Source: Porphyridium purpureum | Taxonomy: Eukaryota | Assembly: GCA_008690995.1 (NCBI GenBank) | Contig: VRMN01000005.1 | Span: 868,001-932,000, forward strand | Length of the DNA: 64,000 bases | Direction: 5' to 3' | Shown: positions 21,048-32,448 of the stretch, piece after piece | How positions within the stretch are numbered: the first letter of the stretch is position 1 | Layout of the letters: the number at the start of each line of letters is the position of its first letter | Position numbers and translations under genes: made by a program | The notes under the pieces: model-generated | The model's database searches: none | Told to the model about the DNA's origin: nothing | Seen by the model: only the letters and a program-made list of their open reading frames with translations

Positions 21048-22802
21048 ATGGCGACGTTACATCGCCCATGTACTGCACTGCGCTCTGGCGTGGCATGGAC
21101 GCGCGGTGTGAACATGCCGACATTGTCGAGCCCGCGGCTGCTGCGAATCGGTCTGAGCTCAGCACGGCGGCGATCGTGGAGCTCGACGATCCTCCCGCAC
21201 GGCCCGTCCTTGCAGGACTTTGTGCGAGCCGCGCGTGCGTCAAAATCTCTCGAGCAACATCTTGGGCATGCTGAACATCTGCGTGTCGCGTCGCTTTCAA
21301 GGACTGGCGCCCTGGACGGTATGCTTGCTGAAGTCGAAGATCAGGTCTCGAGCACGCCTGGTCGCGTGTACATCGAGACTTACGGATGCCAGCAGAATGT
21401 GAACGACAGCGAGATTGTGCTGGGTATTCTGCAGGCCCATGGGCATCAACACTGCGCCGTGCTGGAAGAAGCCGACGTGGTGCTGCTAAACACATGCAGT
21501 ATCCGGGAACAGGCCGAGGACAGGGTGTGGCAACGGCTTCACACCATTGAGCACACATTCAAGAAAAGGCGTGAGCATGATCGAGCTTCTGTCAAGCCGA
21601 TTGTCGCCGTGCTGGGATGCATGGCTGAGCGGCTCAAGTCTCGGCTGCTGGAGGATAAAAAACTCGTTGACGTGGTTGCTGGACCAGACGCGTACCGTGA
21701 TTTGCCTTTTCTAATCAACAGTCGAAAGGTGTCTGGCATGTCCTCGATGAATGTGCAATTATCGTTGGATGAAACGTACGCTGATATCGCGCCAGTGCGC
21801 ATCGGTGGGTCCGGCGTTAGTGCCTTTGTATCAATTCAGCGTGGCTGCAATAACATGTGCTCATTCTGCGTCGTGCCCTTCACGCGCGGCCGTGAGCGCT
21901 CACGGCCTGTTTCCTCGATCTTGGATGAAGTGCGCGTTCTGGTGGACCACGGTTACAAGGAGGTCACGCTTTTAGGGCAGAACGTCAACTCGTATGCAGA
22001 TCGCTCAGTCCCCGCAGATAGTCACTCGCCGCGAAAGACAAGCGCTGGGTTTACACCAATTTGGAAGGAGCGCTTCGAGGGAGCCCTGCGTTTTGCGGAC
22101 CTTTTGGACGCTGTAGCGCGCGCCGCTCCAGACATGCGGATTCGATTCACATCACCTCATCCGCAATGGTTTCCAGACGAGCTGCTTCATGTGATCGCGG
22201 CTCACGCAAATATTTGCAATGCACTCCATTTGCCAGCGCAGTCTGGCAGCTCGAGTGTACTGCATCGCATGCGCCGCGGATACACGCGGGAGGCTTATGA
22301 TGACTTGCTTGCGCGTGCTCGCGCTCTCATTCCAGGCTTGTTCGTGAGCACCGATTTGATCGCCGGCTTTTGTGGCGAAACGGACGAAGAGCACCAACAA
22401 ACCGTTGACCTCGTTCAACGCTCGTCGTTTGACAAGGCATTCATGTTCCATTACTCATTACGAGAAAAAACACACGCTCATCGGCACTATCAGGACGATG
22501 TGCCAAGCGACGTCAAGCTGGCGCGGTTGAATGAGATCATTCGAAGCTTTCAGGTCAGCCTAGATGCCAAGCTGCAGCAGTACATCGGTACGGAGCACAC
22601 ACTGCTGGTACATGGACGTTCGGAGAAGGACCCAGCTCTTCTGCATGGCCTGACAGACGGGGGCCGGCTGGTGGTGTTCCCGCAGCCAGGCCATGTGCAA
22701 GCTGGGCAGTATGTGCGCGTACGCGTGACCGGGCGCAAGGGTTCCCTTGTGGGCGAAGCGTTGGAGAGCATCAACGAAGTAGCGGAAAGAGCATTTGTAT
22801 GA
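21048..22802 (+). CDS. CDK5RAP1: tRNA 2-methylthiotransferase MiaB/CDK5RAP1 (radical SAM), probably mitochondrial
   Basis: UPF0004 domain (YGCQQN, NTCSIRE, GCMAERL), radical SAM CNNMCSFC, RFTSPHP, HLPAQSGS, C-terminal TRAM-like region. Confidence 0.95.
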   Translation: MATLHRPCTALRSGVAWTRGVNMPTLSSPRLLRIGLSSARRRSWSSTILPHGPSLQDFVRAARASKSLEQHLGHAEHLRVASLSRTGALDGMLAEVEDQVSSTPGRVYIETYGCQQNVNDSEIVLGILQAHGHQHCAVLEEADVVLLNTCSIREQAEDRVWQRLHTIEHTFKKRREHDRASVKPIVAVLGCMAERLKSRLLEDKKLVDVVAGPDAYRDLPFLINSRKVSGMSSMNVQLSLDETYADIAPVRIGGSGVSAFVSIQRGCNNMCSFCVVPFTRGRERSRPVSSILDEVRVLVDHGYKEVTLLGQNVNSYADRSVPADSHSPRKTSAGFTPIWKERFEGALRFADLLDAVARAAPDMRIRFTSPHPQWFPDELLHVIAAHANICNALHLPAQSGSSSVLHRMRRGYTREAYDDLLARARALIPGLFVSTDLIAGFCGETDEEHQQTVDLVQRSSFDKAFMFHYSLREKTHAHRHYQDDVPSDVKLARLNEIIRSFQVSLDAKLQQYIGTEHTLLVHGRSEKDPALLHGLTDGGRLVVFPQPGHVQAGQYVRVRVTGRKGSLVGEALESINEVAERAFV

Positions 22803-23299
22803 GCTAGAACTTGGCACCGTGATCATTCGGGACTCTCCGCGCTCGGCCGATTTTCAGGCCCTGAATTGCTTTTCGCGGTCGTCTTGATTGTAGCGCACGA
22901 GCAAAAGCTGACCGCCATGCTTCAGAACGAAAATCATCCGACAAACCACTAACATATACGAATTTTGTGAGCTTTTTTCGTTGAGCAGGCTGCGTCGGGA
23001 AATGAAAGCAGGGTATGAAAAAGCAACATTGGATTAGTGAGACAAGTGCGCAATCGTGCTCTCCGCGCGAATCGCTGCGCCCGATATTTTTTTTTTTTTT
23101 TTTTTCCCAAAGGATTCACCCGTTCTAAACAACGCAAGTTTACGCCACGAACAAGGAACCAAGTCCTCTCCACCTGAGTGCGAAGGCTGCCTCGGCAAAG
23201 TGCTGATGAAATCACGCTCGATTCTATGCCCGGCTGGTCAGACAACAGCATGGTGTAATCTGGCACCATGCGCCTTCAGACATTCCTTTCGGCCTGCTG

Positions 23300-23760
23300 A
23301 TGGCCTTCCATTGCCATAATCTACGCCCATATTTGTGTATGTATCTACTTTCAGCATACCGCTCACACGATAATTCGTGAAAACTCAATTTGAGGTAAGA
23401 AATCACATTCTCCGGAGCAATCGCTCCGGCTGAGGTATGAAGCCTTCTCTTTTTTTTCTCTTTTTCGCCAGGCCAAAAATCTTCGGTATGCACTCGGTTT
23501 CTGGTTGCCATTCCTTCCTGAAACTTGGCACCCATCCGTCGCCTGGGCCGCATTCTGTGTGCAAGCAACAGGCCTCCACATCTGAAGCTGTGCCGTGTGC
23601 CCGCGGCCCTGTACTAAATTGCCACATTCTCGTTTCCTCGCGTGTTTTCTCCGGGTGTTCAGAGCGACTCAGTGTTCATGCATGCACGCGCAAATACATT
23701 GCGCGAAAAGCAACTCTGAGCGTGGTCAACATCACGCAACCATCGCCACGAAATGGATCG
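23300..23760 (-). pseudogene. Possible very decayed Tc1/Tc3-family transposase fragment
   Basis: Minus-strand traces RGDGCVML (cf. GGGSVMVW) and FQEGMA...APENV (cf. FQQDNA...PIENL) at roughly DD34E spacing; no TIRs found. Confidence 0.3.
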
Positions 23761-23908
23761 TGTCTTGCCAAAGTAAGTGCGTATCAGTGAGCACATGCTG
23801 GATGATTGAGAGTCAAGCTCCGCAATACCTTTTATCTCCTGTGCTGCAGCGTTCCCAGGGAGGGGTTCTGTACGGGCGCGTATGCCTGTGATTTGACTCT
23901 CTTCATCT

Positions 23909-25738
23909 TCAGCGTATGGTCAGTAGTTCATCGATTTTGCACCACGGGCTGAGAGTTAGTTCTGAACGATTCGGCGTGTGAAAGTCAAGCGCATATCCCT
24001 GTCCCGAGCGAACGGCAGGAGCATCTGGATGAACGTGCATGCGATCCTCTAGAATGAGCTCAGACTCGGTGGTCGGGTTGGCCAGGAGCGCGAACACCGC
24101 GCGCAAATGACCTGCCTTGACACGCAGCCCGCACGCTTCCGTAGGTTCGTGACAGTCTGGTGCGCGTGAGCATCCATAGATTGGAAAGAAGCGCAATCGA
24201 AGTGGCGCAGCAAACTGGGAGCCTTTCCACGGGAAGGGCTCAAGCGCGTACCGCTCCGAAACAGCATTAGGTGCGCAGCGCGGCGTCACAACAATCACCA
24301 CAGCGTCCCTCTTGATAAAGAGCATGCGCGATTCGTACTCCCCCTCAGGAATAATGAGGATATCAATATCTGCAAGCATACGCGTCTCTTCTTTGACAGT
24401 CCGCGGCCAGTACTCACTCATTGTGAAACGAATGCCTATAGTGGGACCCCATAACTTCTCTTCGCTGATCACACGCTCGATTTCTGCCGTGTTGAGTATG
24501 CGGGTGTTCCGAGCGTCCGCATTCCATGTCATCATGTGCACATTCACGGTTCGCGAATTGTGCAGCAGCTCGCACGCAGACCCGGTGTCCGATTCGGCGT
24601 AAAGCTCTGAGCTCGCCGCGCGCAGAGGCTCCAAAATGTCGTCTCGCCGCAACTCCAAAGATCGCGCGTCTGTGTTATCCATTGACACATTGTGCTTTGG
24701 TACAAGGAGTCGCTCAAAGCATACTAGACTGTCCAGCACCGAGTCGCAGGCTTTTCGAAGCACACGTACACCTTTGGGCATCGTGGACAGCAAAATGGAA
24801 AGCGTGTCCAAGTTGTACCCAGACGACTGCAGCCCAAGCTGCTGAAATAAGAAATCCTCTCGCTTCGAGGGTTTCTTGCACATTTGCGCAAACAAGACGT
24901 TGTCCACGCGGGGAACCTTATCGCTTCTACCATGATTAAGAGCCACAAACGCCTGTGCCTCGAGCTCCGTTTGCCAATCATCAATCAAGCGGTTTGAGGT
25001 GACGGACGCCAACAACGTGGTACCTTGTATCAAGGGCACATCTACCGAACCGGAATCCAACACTGACCGAGAAAATGTCGCAGCCTCGTCGCGACTGAGC
25101 TGCACAAGTTCAACGTCGGGCAGATCGTCAAGACTTCCGCCTGTTCCCGGCGTCGCATCCAGGTCCAGCGCGTAGGGATGATACCTCGAAAACACTAGTG
25201 GACGAAACGCCTTGCGCGACGAATCATACGCTGCACACGCATCCTCTGCCACAAAGAAGAGGTCGCGATTCATCTCGATGCGCGTCGTCTGCGCACGGTC
25301 CGTGACCAAGCTCCGGGCTACGCTCGGATCCAACAAGCCCGTGGTCTCATAGCGGTGCACAGCCTGCCCAATGATTGTGGCGGGATCTCTGTAGTTTGAC
25401 CTGAACGACGGTGAGCTATCATAGCGCGTCGCGTCGCGCGCCCTATCTGTGGAATTTGCAGTGCTGGATGTACGCGTGAACTGCATGCGCACGACCCCAA
25501 AGATAACTAGGCCCAGTACGCACGCAGTTAGCGCAATGCCAATCAGCGTGACGCGGTTCGCATGCATGAGAGCAAGTGATTTTCTCCGACCGCGCGCGCT
25601 GCGCGCACTACTCACACGTGGTGTGCCTGTCAGACTCGCAAAGCCCCGGCCGCTCGCCGAGCGCCCGATGGGCCCGCCACCGCTCACGGACGATACATTC
25701 AGCACCACGTCCCCGTGCTCCACACCTCGCGCGTCCAT
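23909..25738 (-). CDS. Type II membrane glycosyltransferase family 61-like protein
   Basis: Single N-terminal TM (VTLIGIALTACVLGLVIFGVV). CFERLLV and EETRMLADIDILIIPEGEYESRMLFIKRDAVVIVVTP resemble the GT61 signature region. Confidence 0.6.
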   Translation of the reverse strand: MDARGVEHGDVVLNVSSVSGGGPIGRSASGRGFASLTGTPRVSSARSARGRRKSLALMHANRVTLIGIALTACVLGLVIFGVVRMQFTRTSSTANSTDRARDATRYDSSPSFRSNYRDPATIIGQAVHRYETTGLLDPSVARSLVTDRAQTTRIEMNRDLFFVAEDACAAYDSSRKAFRPLVFSRYHPYALDLDATPGTGGSLDDLPDVELVQLSRDEAATFSRSVLDSGSVDVPLIQGTTLLASVTSNRLIDDWQTELEAQAFVALNHGRSDKVPRVDNVLFAQMCKKPSKREDFLFQQLGLQSSGYNLDTLSILLSTMPKGVRVLRKACDSVLDSLVCFERLLVPKHNVSMDNTDARSLELRRDDILEPLRAASSELYAESDTGSACELLHNSRTVNVHMMTWNADARNTRILNTAEIERVISEEKLWGPTIGIRFTMSEYWPRTVKEETRMLADIDILIIPEGEYESRMLFIKRDAVVIVVTPRCAPNAVSERYALEPFPWKGSQFAAPLRLRFFPIYGCSRAPDCHEPTEACGLRVKAGHLRAVFALLANPTTESELILEDRMHVHPDAPAVRSGQGYALDFHTPNRSELTLSPWCKIDELLTIR

Positions 25739-25946
25739 CTCGCTCGCTCTGTTACCAGTCTTGTGGGGCGCTTGCAAGACCAGCGACAGGGCTGTGCCGG
25801 TTGTTGCGCGTGCGTGGCTGCGTTCGACAAGAGGCGTGTGAGTTGAGCTGACGCGCGCGTTGAACTCTCAGCAGGTCGATGCGAGATGATTTAGCAGTCA
25901 CGGCGGTGGCTATCAAGCTAGAAGAAGGCGTGCGCGAATTACCTGA

Positions 25947-27596
25947 TCAGCTGGTTGCAGTTGGGATGTTCATCATGTTGGCATGGCTTTGCGCAGGTGC
26001 CTCGGAAGGTACTGGCCACCGCGAAATGATATTCTTCGGCCTTGTGAAAAATTCGACGCCAGACGCGCCATAGAACGGTAGGTCGCCAAGAAAGCTGCCT
26101 CGCGAGCCGGTGAACGAGACAGCTGGTGGACCCAACGGGATCGGTACATTGATCCCTACTTGCCCGGCCTTCACCTGAGCTTGAAAGTGACTGGCATGTG
26201 CGCCGGACGCCGTGAAAATCGATGCACCATTACCATACGCGTTGGCATTGATCAGTTGGAGCGCTTCGTCCAACGTATCGACACACAACACGCTGAGGAC
26301 AGGCCCAAACACCTCCTCGTCGTACACGCGCATGCCCGGTCTGACCTCAGCAGCGATGCTGGGGCCGAGCCAGTTACCGGCCGAAGGAAGCTGTACGAGT
26401 TGCTCGTTCTTTCGCCCATCCACGAGAAGCCTGCCGCCCTGCGGTTCCACACTGGCCAGGACCTGCTCGATTCGTGACTTGGCTGCTTGTGTCACAAGTG
26501 GCCCAAAGTCGGCCTGATCGCCTGTGCCAATCTTGAGCGCCCGCACTCGGTCACACAGCGGATCGAGCAGCGCTCTTGCCTCACCTACGAGGACCGCCAC
26601 GCTGACTGCCATGCAGCGCTGGCCGCAAGCTCCAAACGCGGCGCCAACCAGTGAATTCAGCGCAAGCTCTGAATCGCAGTCCGGCATGAGGACTGCGTGG
26701 TTCTTGGCCCCCAAATTGCACTGTGCGCGCTTGCCGTGCTGGGTTGCGGTGCGATAAAGCTCGGTACCTGCTGGAGTAGACCCCACAAAGGAAAGCGACT
26801 GGACGCGCGGGTGTTTGATGAGCGCTTGGACTGTTTCGCGCCCACCCTGCACAATGTTGAGCACGCCTGCCGGAAGTTGTATGGACTCGCAGAGCTCTCC
26901 CAGAATAGTACTAGCGCCTGGCACCAGCTCACTCGGCTTCAATATCACAGTGTTTCCGCACGCAATGGCCAGCGGGAACACCCATAGCGGGATCATGGCT
27001 GGGAAATTAAAGGGCGCCACGGCCAAGCAGACCCCAAGTGGCTCTCTGTGTTGCATCACGTCAATGCCGGATGCAAAATTTGGCAGCGCACGGCCCGAGA
27101 GCAGCGGCACACACGCTGTGGCGAACTCGAGCACCTCGAGCCCGCGCACAACGTCGCCCCGCGCGTCGGCTGGTGTCTTGCCGAGCTCACGGGAAATGCT
27201 CGCAGCGATGTGGTCCACATTTGCCGCGACCTTGTCACGCAGCGCAAACAAGTACTGTGCACGCTTACTGGCTGCCAGACGGGACCAATGCGAGAACGCG
27301 GCGTCAGCGGCCTCAACAGCACGATGAACTGTGTCACTGCCGGCCTCTTTGGGGACCAGAGCCACAAGCTCACCATTAATCGGGCTCATTCGCTGCGAGA
27401 ATAATGAGCTGTGAAGCTCATTGTGATGCGGCTGTTGACCGGGACGCGCAGGAGTCGCGTGAACCCATTCCCCGCCAATCAAATGCGGCACGCCCCGCGC
27501 CGCAACACTCATCTGTCGCGAGCAGCCGGAGAACCTGAGCCACCAGCCTGACCTCCCGCGCACCTGACCGGCGCAGCGCATCGCGGGCAACCTCAT
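25947..27596 (-). CDS. ALDH6A1: Methylmalonate-semialdehyde dehydrogenase (CoA-acylating), mitochondrial
   Basis: PFNFPAMIPLW, KPSE, FVGST, NLGAKNH, GACGQRCMA, EEVFGP, QVGINVPIP; Arg-rich presequence. Confidence 0.96.
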   Translation of the reverse strand: MRLPAMRCAGQVRGRSGWWLRFSGCSRQMSVAARGVPHLIGGEWVHATPARPGQQPHHNELHSSLFSQRMSPINGELVALVPKEAGSDTVHRAVEAADAAFSHWSRLAASKRAQYLFALRDKVAANVDHIAASISRELGKTPADARGDVVRGLEVLEFATACVPLLSGRALPNFASGIDVMQHREPLGVCLAVAPFNFPAMIPLWVFPLAIACGNTVILKPSELVPGASTILGELCESIQLPAGVLNIVQGGRETVQALIKHPRVQSLSFVGSTPAGTELYRTATQHGKRAQCNLGAKNHAVLMPDCDSELALNSLVGAAFGACGQRCMAVSVAVLVGEARALLDPLCDRVRALKIGTGDQADFGPLVTQAAKSRIEQVLASVEPQGGRLLVDGRKNEQLVQLPSAGNWLGPSIAAEVRPGMRVYDEEVFGPVLSVLCVDTLDEALQLINANAYGNGASIFTASGAHASHFQAQVKAGQVGINVPIPLGPPAVSFTGSRGSFLGDLPFYGASGVEFFTRPKNIISRWPVPSEAPAQSHANMMNIPTATS

Positions 27597-27751
27597 CTTT
27601 CTCCTTCGTCGCGCCACGCACTACTTCACCGCGCCATCCCTGTGCACAAGACGCTGCCCACATGTGACGCGCAGCCGCGCGCTCCAGCCACCTCGCTCGT
27701 TTTCTAACATTATTTTTTATCGCAAAAAAGAACGCGCCGTTTCGTGGCATG

Positions 27752-27797
27752 AACCGAAACCGAAACCGAAACCGAAACCGAAACCGAAACCGAACCC
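27752..27797. repeat. (AAACCG)n hexanucleotide microsatellite upstream of MMSDH
   Basis: About 7 tandem copies read directly. Confidence 0.9.
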
Positions 27798-28609
27798 GAG
27801 GAGACAAAGCGCCACCAGACGCAAGAAAGGAGAAGAGACGACTAAAGCGACTCAACGACAGAGCGAATGATCTGACGAGCTGCAGGAGTGCAAGCTGCTC
27901 TAAGCCTCGGATATTGTAGAACCGGTTTCGATAGGGGCCAGAGTGATGCTACCCGTATCCAAGGCCTACTGTCATATCCTCACGGGCACGCTGTCCGGTG
28001 GCGCTCTGATGCAAAAGCTCTGCGAATAGCACCACATTCTCAAGCGCCCATTCTCACATTCATTGTCTCCTTTCTTTTCTCTATCTCCTTCTGAGGAAAA
28101 GTAATGTACCTAGCGGTTTATCGCTCCTTTTAGAAGCAGAGCCCCCTCAAGGAAAATACTTCCACGAAGCTACCGGAAGAGCAAAACCCGGGCCGAGTCT
28201 CGCCACGGTACATCTGATTCGAACACAGCGATCACCATTATAGCTTCTTGATTTAAATCCAGGATTGTAGCTTTGTGCCCGTCGCCTCAAGTTCCGCATT
28301 GTTGAAAACATTCGGCAACACTTTCCTAAAACCCATCTCCCATTCAGACGGCCATCAACACTTTCTTAGCGGCTTTCGGCGCCAGCAAGCTGTGCTGTTT
28401 TTCAATTGAGACCACAAGTTATTGGATTCATCGCCCTTCTTTACGACTTCCTAACCAACTGGTCTATTTTAGTATGAAAGCGGTGGACGTTTGATGAAAA
28501 GGGCGGAAAAGGAAGCAAGCCAGACGGATAACGACGACGAAATTAGTGGTCACTACTGAGCCGTACAACATCGGAATTGAACGCGGTTTCCTTGCACATG
28601 CCTGTTTTC

Positions 28610-29512
28610 AGAAGAACATGCGAACAAATTGAGCGGGATTCCATCTTTTGTTTCTAACAAATTATAGTCAGCTCAGTTGGTGAGGCGCACAGAGCAATAT
28701 TGTTGGAAATAGGTACGACAAAATGCGCGTGCACGTAGACTAGGACGGTGGCAAAAGGTTTGCGACCATGCGAGGCTGAGCACGGACAGACAGCACCGGT
28801 TTTGATGGTCAAGCGCGGGCTGCCGGAGTGCAAAGGAGCCATTCTGATCTGGAAGCCAGCCGGTGACAGTCTTCGCGCAAAGTCGCATTAGAGAGGCCGC
28901 TCTCAGAAAAACAATGCGGCGCGCCTGGGCAAAGCCGAATGTTTACTGCACAAACCATGCTTGAAAGATCCCGATGAAGCTCGCACCGGCTATTGTGGAA
29001 AGGGTCACAATTGGTGCCTGGCTTGCACAGTCTTCTGCAGCGCTCTGGGCAGGCAAGAATCTGCTTCCACGTGGAAGAGAAATCAGACCGTCGTCTTCAG
29101 TCTGCAAGTAAAGCAGCAAGAGTTTGCCTCCCCTAGCATGCCGACGAATCTGAATTTGGAAGTACCAAGAAAACTGAAAATAGCCTTGACTAGACTTTAG
29201 CTCGTACAGCGTTCGAAGAGAAGTGGAAGAAGGCCTTTTTTCCGGTATAAAATAGTATACTTTGTTTACGGCAGAGTGATCGTCGACATGTACGCGCGCA
29301 CGTTGCAGGAGACAGATCTGTCTGAGGAATGTCGGGCTGTAGTGGGCCACGACTTAGGCAGGATGCGCAATCACGCGCAGCCGTAAAATTAAGCATCATT
29401 TTCTTAGCGGAGAATTCCGCGTGATTGAGTGTGATGTGTAATTTCCAGACTTCACTGCTATCAAGAATCTCAAAAGTGTTCTAGTCCGAAAGGCTTTTGA
29501 GGGCAGAAGACT
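28610..29512 (+). mobile_element. Decayed Tc3-like DNA transposon (copy C)
   Basis: From ATG 28805: MVKRGLPECKGAILIWKPAGDSL...PMKLAPAIVERVT, homologous to PSKLTPAVVERIT in copy B; W..NQTVVFS; FPDFTAIKNLKSVLVRK (cf. SPDLNPIENLWGILVR). Stops and frameshifts are present; the left boundary is approximate. Confidence 0.7.
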
Positions 29513-30445
29513 TGGAAAGGTGCTCCAAAGGGTCGGCCGACAAAGATCGATGCTACGCCCGAAAGGGGTGCGGGTGCGCACGGCGAAACGTGTGACACGT
29601 GGGCCACAAGTGTGGCGGACTCTTCGAGGCGCGCAGACGATTCTGCGCCAGCTCCCTATCGCTCCCAACAAACGACGATCCTTTACCTCACCACGCTAAA
29701 GAGTTTCTATCTTTGCTAGTTATCCGGCCGAGACCCGGCCGCTCCACAGAACGTACTTATGCCGCACCGCTGGTTAAGTAAACACGGGGATCCGCGGTTC
29801 AGCGGGACCTCATCGTTCCCACGCGCCTCCTCATGCGCAAATCGCCGGACTCCACTTTGTCTCGAGGTTCAGACGACGCACCAACCATGGCGTTGCTTTT
29901 GGAACGAGTCGACCGCGAGATTCTTCGTCAGTCCGTCTGCAAGATTGTCCTTGCTTTTCACGTGCAAAAAGTCTGACAGGCCGTCCTTGGACACTTCGTT
30001 CAGCCATTTCAGGCTGATTTTCTGCATTTTGTGAAGATGCAACATCTTGTCGCTGCATCCCTTCTTGAACGCGTTGAGCGCGGTCTCATTGTCGACATAC
30101 ATGGCCACGTTTGGCCATACATTGTGCCTTTCTTCAATGAATACGCCCAGCGGAAAGACGCGATACTGCACTGCTATGTGTGCAGCGATCAGTTCCGCCT
30201 CGGCGGTTGATGTCGCGGTCCGGCGTTGCCGCCCACTTGATCAGTCCACAAGGTGTCTCGTATTCTTGCCAACAAAGAAAGTGCACACGCCGCTTGTCGA
30301 CCTCTCTGTGCTGAAGTCTGCGTCAGTACAACAAAATACGGACACAGGCAAGGTCCTGCCGGCACCCGAAAGAGGTGGCACGCGAAACACCAACACCGCA
30401 TCGGCACTACCCTGCAGGTACCGCATGATGTCGGAAGACATTGTA
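29513..30445 (-). mobile_element. 3' fragment of a Ty1/copia retrotransposon (RT end, RNase H, PPT, probable 3' LTR)
   Basis: MRYLQG...TDADF..RSTSG..LVD*SS.RQ..TATSTAEAE..YVDNETA..HVKSKDNLADGLTK. In-frame TGA at the Trp codon (30241-30243). PPT-like GAGGAGGCGCG at 29832-29822, then TG. Putative LTR 29513-29821 with imperfect termini TGGAAAGG/TGGGAACG. Confidence 0.8.
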
Positions 30446-30969
30446 CAAGCGTTGACAAGCTGAGCATTGCTGTTCTTCCCCGGTGGAATGCGGTCGAGCA
30501 GTCTTTCATCGGCACGCTACATTTCTCTGCGGGAGATTGCGTGCGAACGTGCGCGCGAGGTGGCAGTGCATGCGGGGGATGTCCAAAGCCGAGCCGAATC
30601 TCGCCCTTGCTAAGCCGTTGCATGGCTCGCGCCGAGTTCCGCGTAGGTCTTCTATTTTGCTTGACCCACTGACCAGTCACTTCGCTGGATCTGTCCTTCC
30701 GCGTCACACATTTTTCATACTCAAACGTTCCCCTTTTCATATGAGACACGCCGAAACGTGAGTGGAAAATCACGCGACGCTGTGCCACTATTTTTGGACA
30801 CAGGGCGCGTTACTTTTTCAGTACGGAGGCTTAGGAAAAAGGCACACCGTGAACGTCAGTTAAGCGTGTGCTCAGAAGCGAACACGGACAGCGCACTATA
30901 TAGTGCCGTCCGCTGCGTTGGCCGCTTTCTGCTGGACGCCGGCTCGCCGTTCGGGATGTGCTGGGTGGC

Positions 30970-32448
30970 ATGGCTGCACCGGACGAAACGGTTTTGCCGG
31001 TGGGCGTGACGCTCGCGCGGAGATGGCGGAAGGGCCTGGAGCGCGCGCGCGGCGCGCTGGCCGAGCGCCTCGCGCAGCGCGTGAGAGCCGGCGCGCTCGT
31101 GCCGCATCTGCGCATGTCGGGTGGACTCGTCGCGGCGCTGCTTGTTCTCTTGAGCACGCTCCTCGGGATCGTGTACTTCATGCCCCCGGTCAGAACCCAG
31201 CCACTCGTGTTAGATGAAAACGGCCGTGTTAGACTGTCTGGCTCACAGGGGGATGCAGCGCTCGACCCGGACGATCCGCCGGCCATCAACTATACGCAGG
31301 TCCGCCTGGAGCAGGAGCGCGTCTTCCAAAACTCAATGAAGCTGCTGGAGGAGGAGCGGAGGCTCGAGGACTCGGTCAAGGCGTTGCGAGGATCCACGTT
31401 TATTATTCAGCCGCCTCCGCTCACGTACGGGCTTGGTAACCAGTTGCAGGTGCTAAATAATGCCTTCAGGCTGGCGATGCTCCTTGGCGGGCGCCTGGTG
31501 AAGCCCGTTCTTGCAGAGACATGGCACAACGAACCGTGGATGAAGAATCTGACCAGCAAGCAGCTGAGACGGAAAACGCACACCATGTCCGTTTTCGACG
31601 CTATACAACCCACGGAGCTCAGCGAAAAGGTGATCATGGATGACCGTGTGATATGCTCGAAGCACAGTGTTCTTTTGGCCGCAAACAAGCGCTGGTCGCT
31701 CAACAAAACATCCGTCGATTTTTTGCATGACACGTTTGCTAGCTATGTGCTGAACCGGCGTCTCGACTTTAATTCGATGCGAATTGTTGCGTTCGGTGAG
31801 CTCATGAGTGACTGCAAGGGTCAAATTCCTTGCGTAGCGGCGCAGTTGACACCGCGGCCGGGCTCATACGAACATATGTGCTTATTTGTGGTCGAATCAA
31901 ACGTGAACTCTCTAAAGGTGAACAATGAGACGCTGGCGACGCTTTTCGATGCCTTGGTGGTGCGTGACACGTTCAAGTCAAAGTTTATGAATCTATCACA
32001 TGTAGAAATGGACAGCGTGGTCGCGTTCCATATGCGTTGGAACGAGCGCCATTGCCCCCTTGAAGTCGACATGGAGCACCCCATTGTCTGCTTGTTTGGC
32101 AGCCACAAACAGAGGGACGGTCTGAACACGCTTCTACCGGTGGACAAGTTTCTGGAGATTCTGGAAGCGACGGTGCAAAGCATGGACGGCATCACGAGTG
32201 CGATGTTTCTATTCTCTCCGTTTGCGCCGGAGAACGTCACCAAGCAACTGCAAGCCGCGCCGTTTGTGACGCCATACCCGTTTGGCATGATGCACGGTCT
32301 CGACCGCAACCTGGTCGACTTTCTGGTTGCGGTTGATGCGGGCCACTTTTTGGCGGACCCGTATTCGTCCTGGTCGGACGTGGTTGCGGAGACGCGCAGG
32401 AGGCGTGGCTTACCGGTGCATGTCATGAGTCCAGAGGACTGGACGTGA
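30970..32448 (+). CDS. Type II membrane O-fucosyltransferase-like (GDP-fucose-binding GT-B) protein
   Basis: Signal anchor LVAALLVLLSTLLGIVYF; GLGNQL; VAFHMRW; DFLVAVDAGHFLADPYSSWS. Confidence 0.75.
   Translation: MAAPDETVLPVGVTLARRWRKGLERARGALAERLAQRVRAGALVPHLRMSGGLVAALLVLLSTLLGIVYFMPPVRTQPLVLDENGRVRLSGSQGDAALDPDDPPAINYTQVRLEQERVFQNSMKLLEEERRLEDSVKALRGSTFIIQPPPLTYGLGNQLQVLNNAFRLAMLLGGRLVKPVLAETWHNEPWMKNLTSKQLRRKTHTMSVFDAIQPTELSEKVIMDDRVICSKHSVLLAANKRWSLNKTSVDFLHDTFASYVLNRRLDFNSMRIVAFGELMSDCKGQIPCVAAQLTPRPGSYEHMCLFVVESNVNSLKVNNETLATLFDALVVRDTFKSKFMNLSHVEMDSVVAFHMRWNERHCPLEVDMEHPIVCLFGSHKQRDGLNTLLPVDKFLEILEATVQSMDGITSAMFLFSPFAPENVTKQLQAAPFVTPYPFGMMHGLDRNLVDFLVAVDAGHFLADPYSSWSDVVAETRRRRGLPVHVMSPEDWT

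Noticed and set aside
18345..22802. Functional cluster of mitochondrial translation genes (EF-G next to CDK5RAP1)
   Set aside because: Two adjacent genes can arise by chance, and each has its own upstream CTGTAC motifs.
23087..23105. T19 run as a retroposed poly(A) tail
   Set aside because: No flanking target duplication or parent gene identified.
30241..30243. TGA in copia RNase H as recoding (Trp or Sec)
   Set aside because: A single TGG>TGA change in a truncated fragment; host genes here use TGA as stop.
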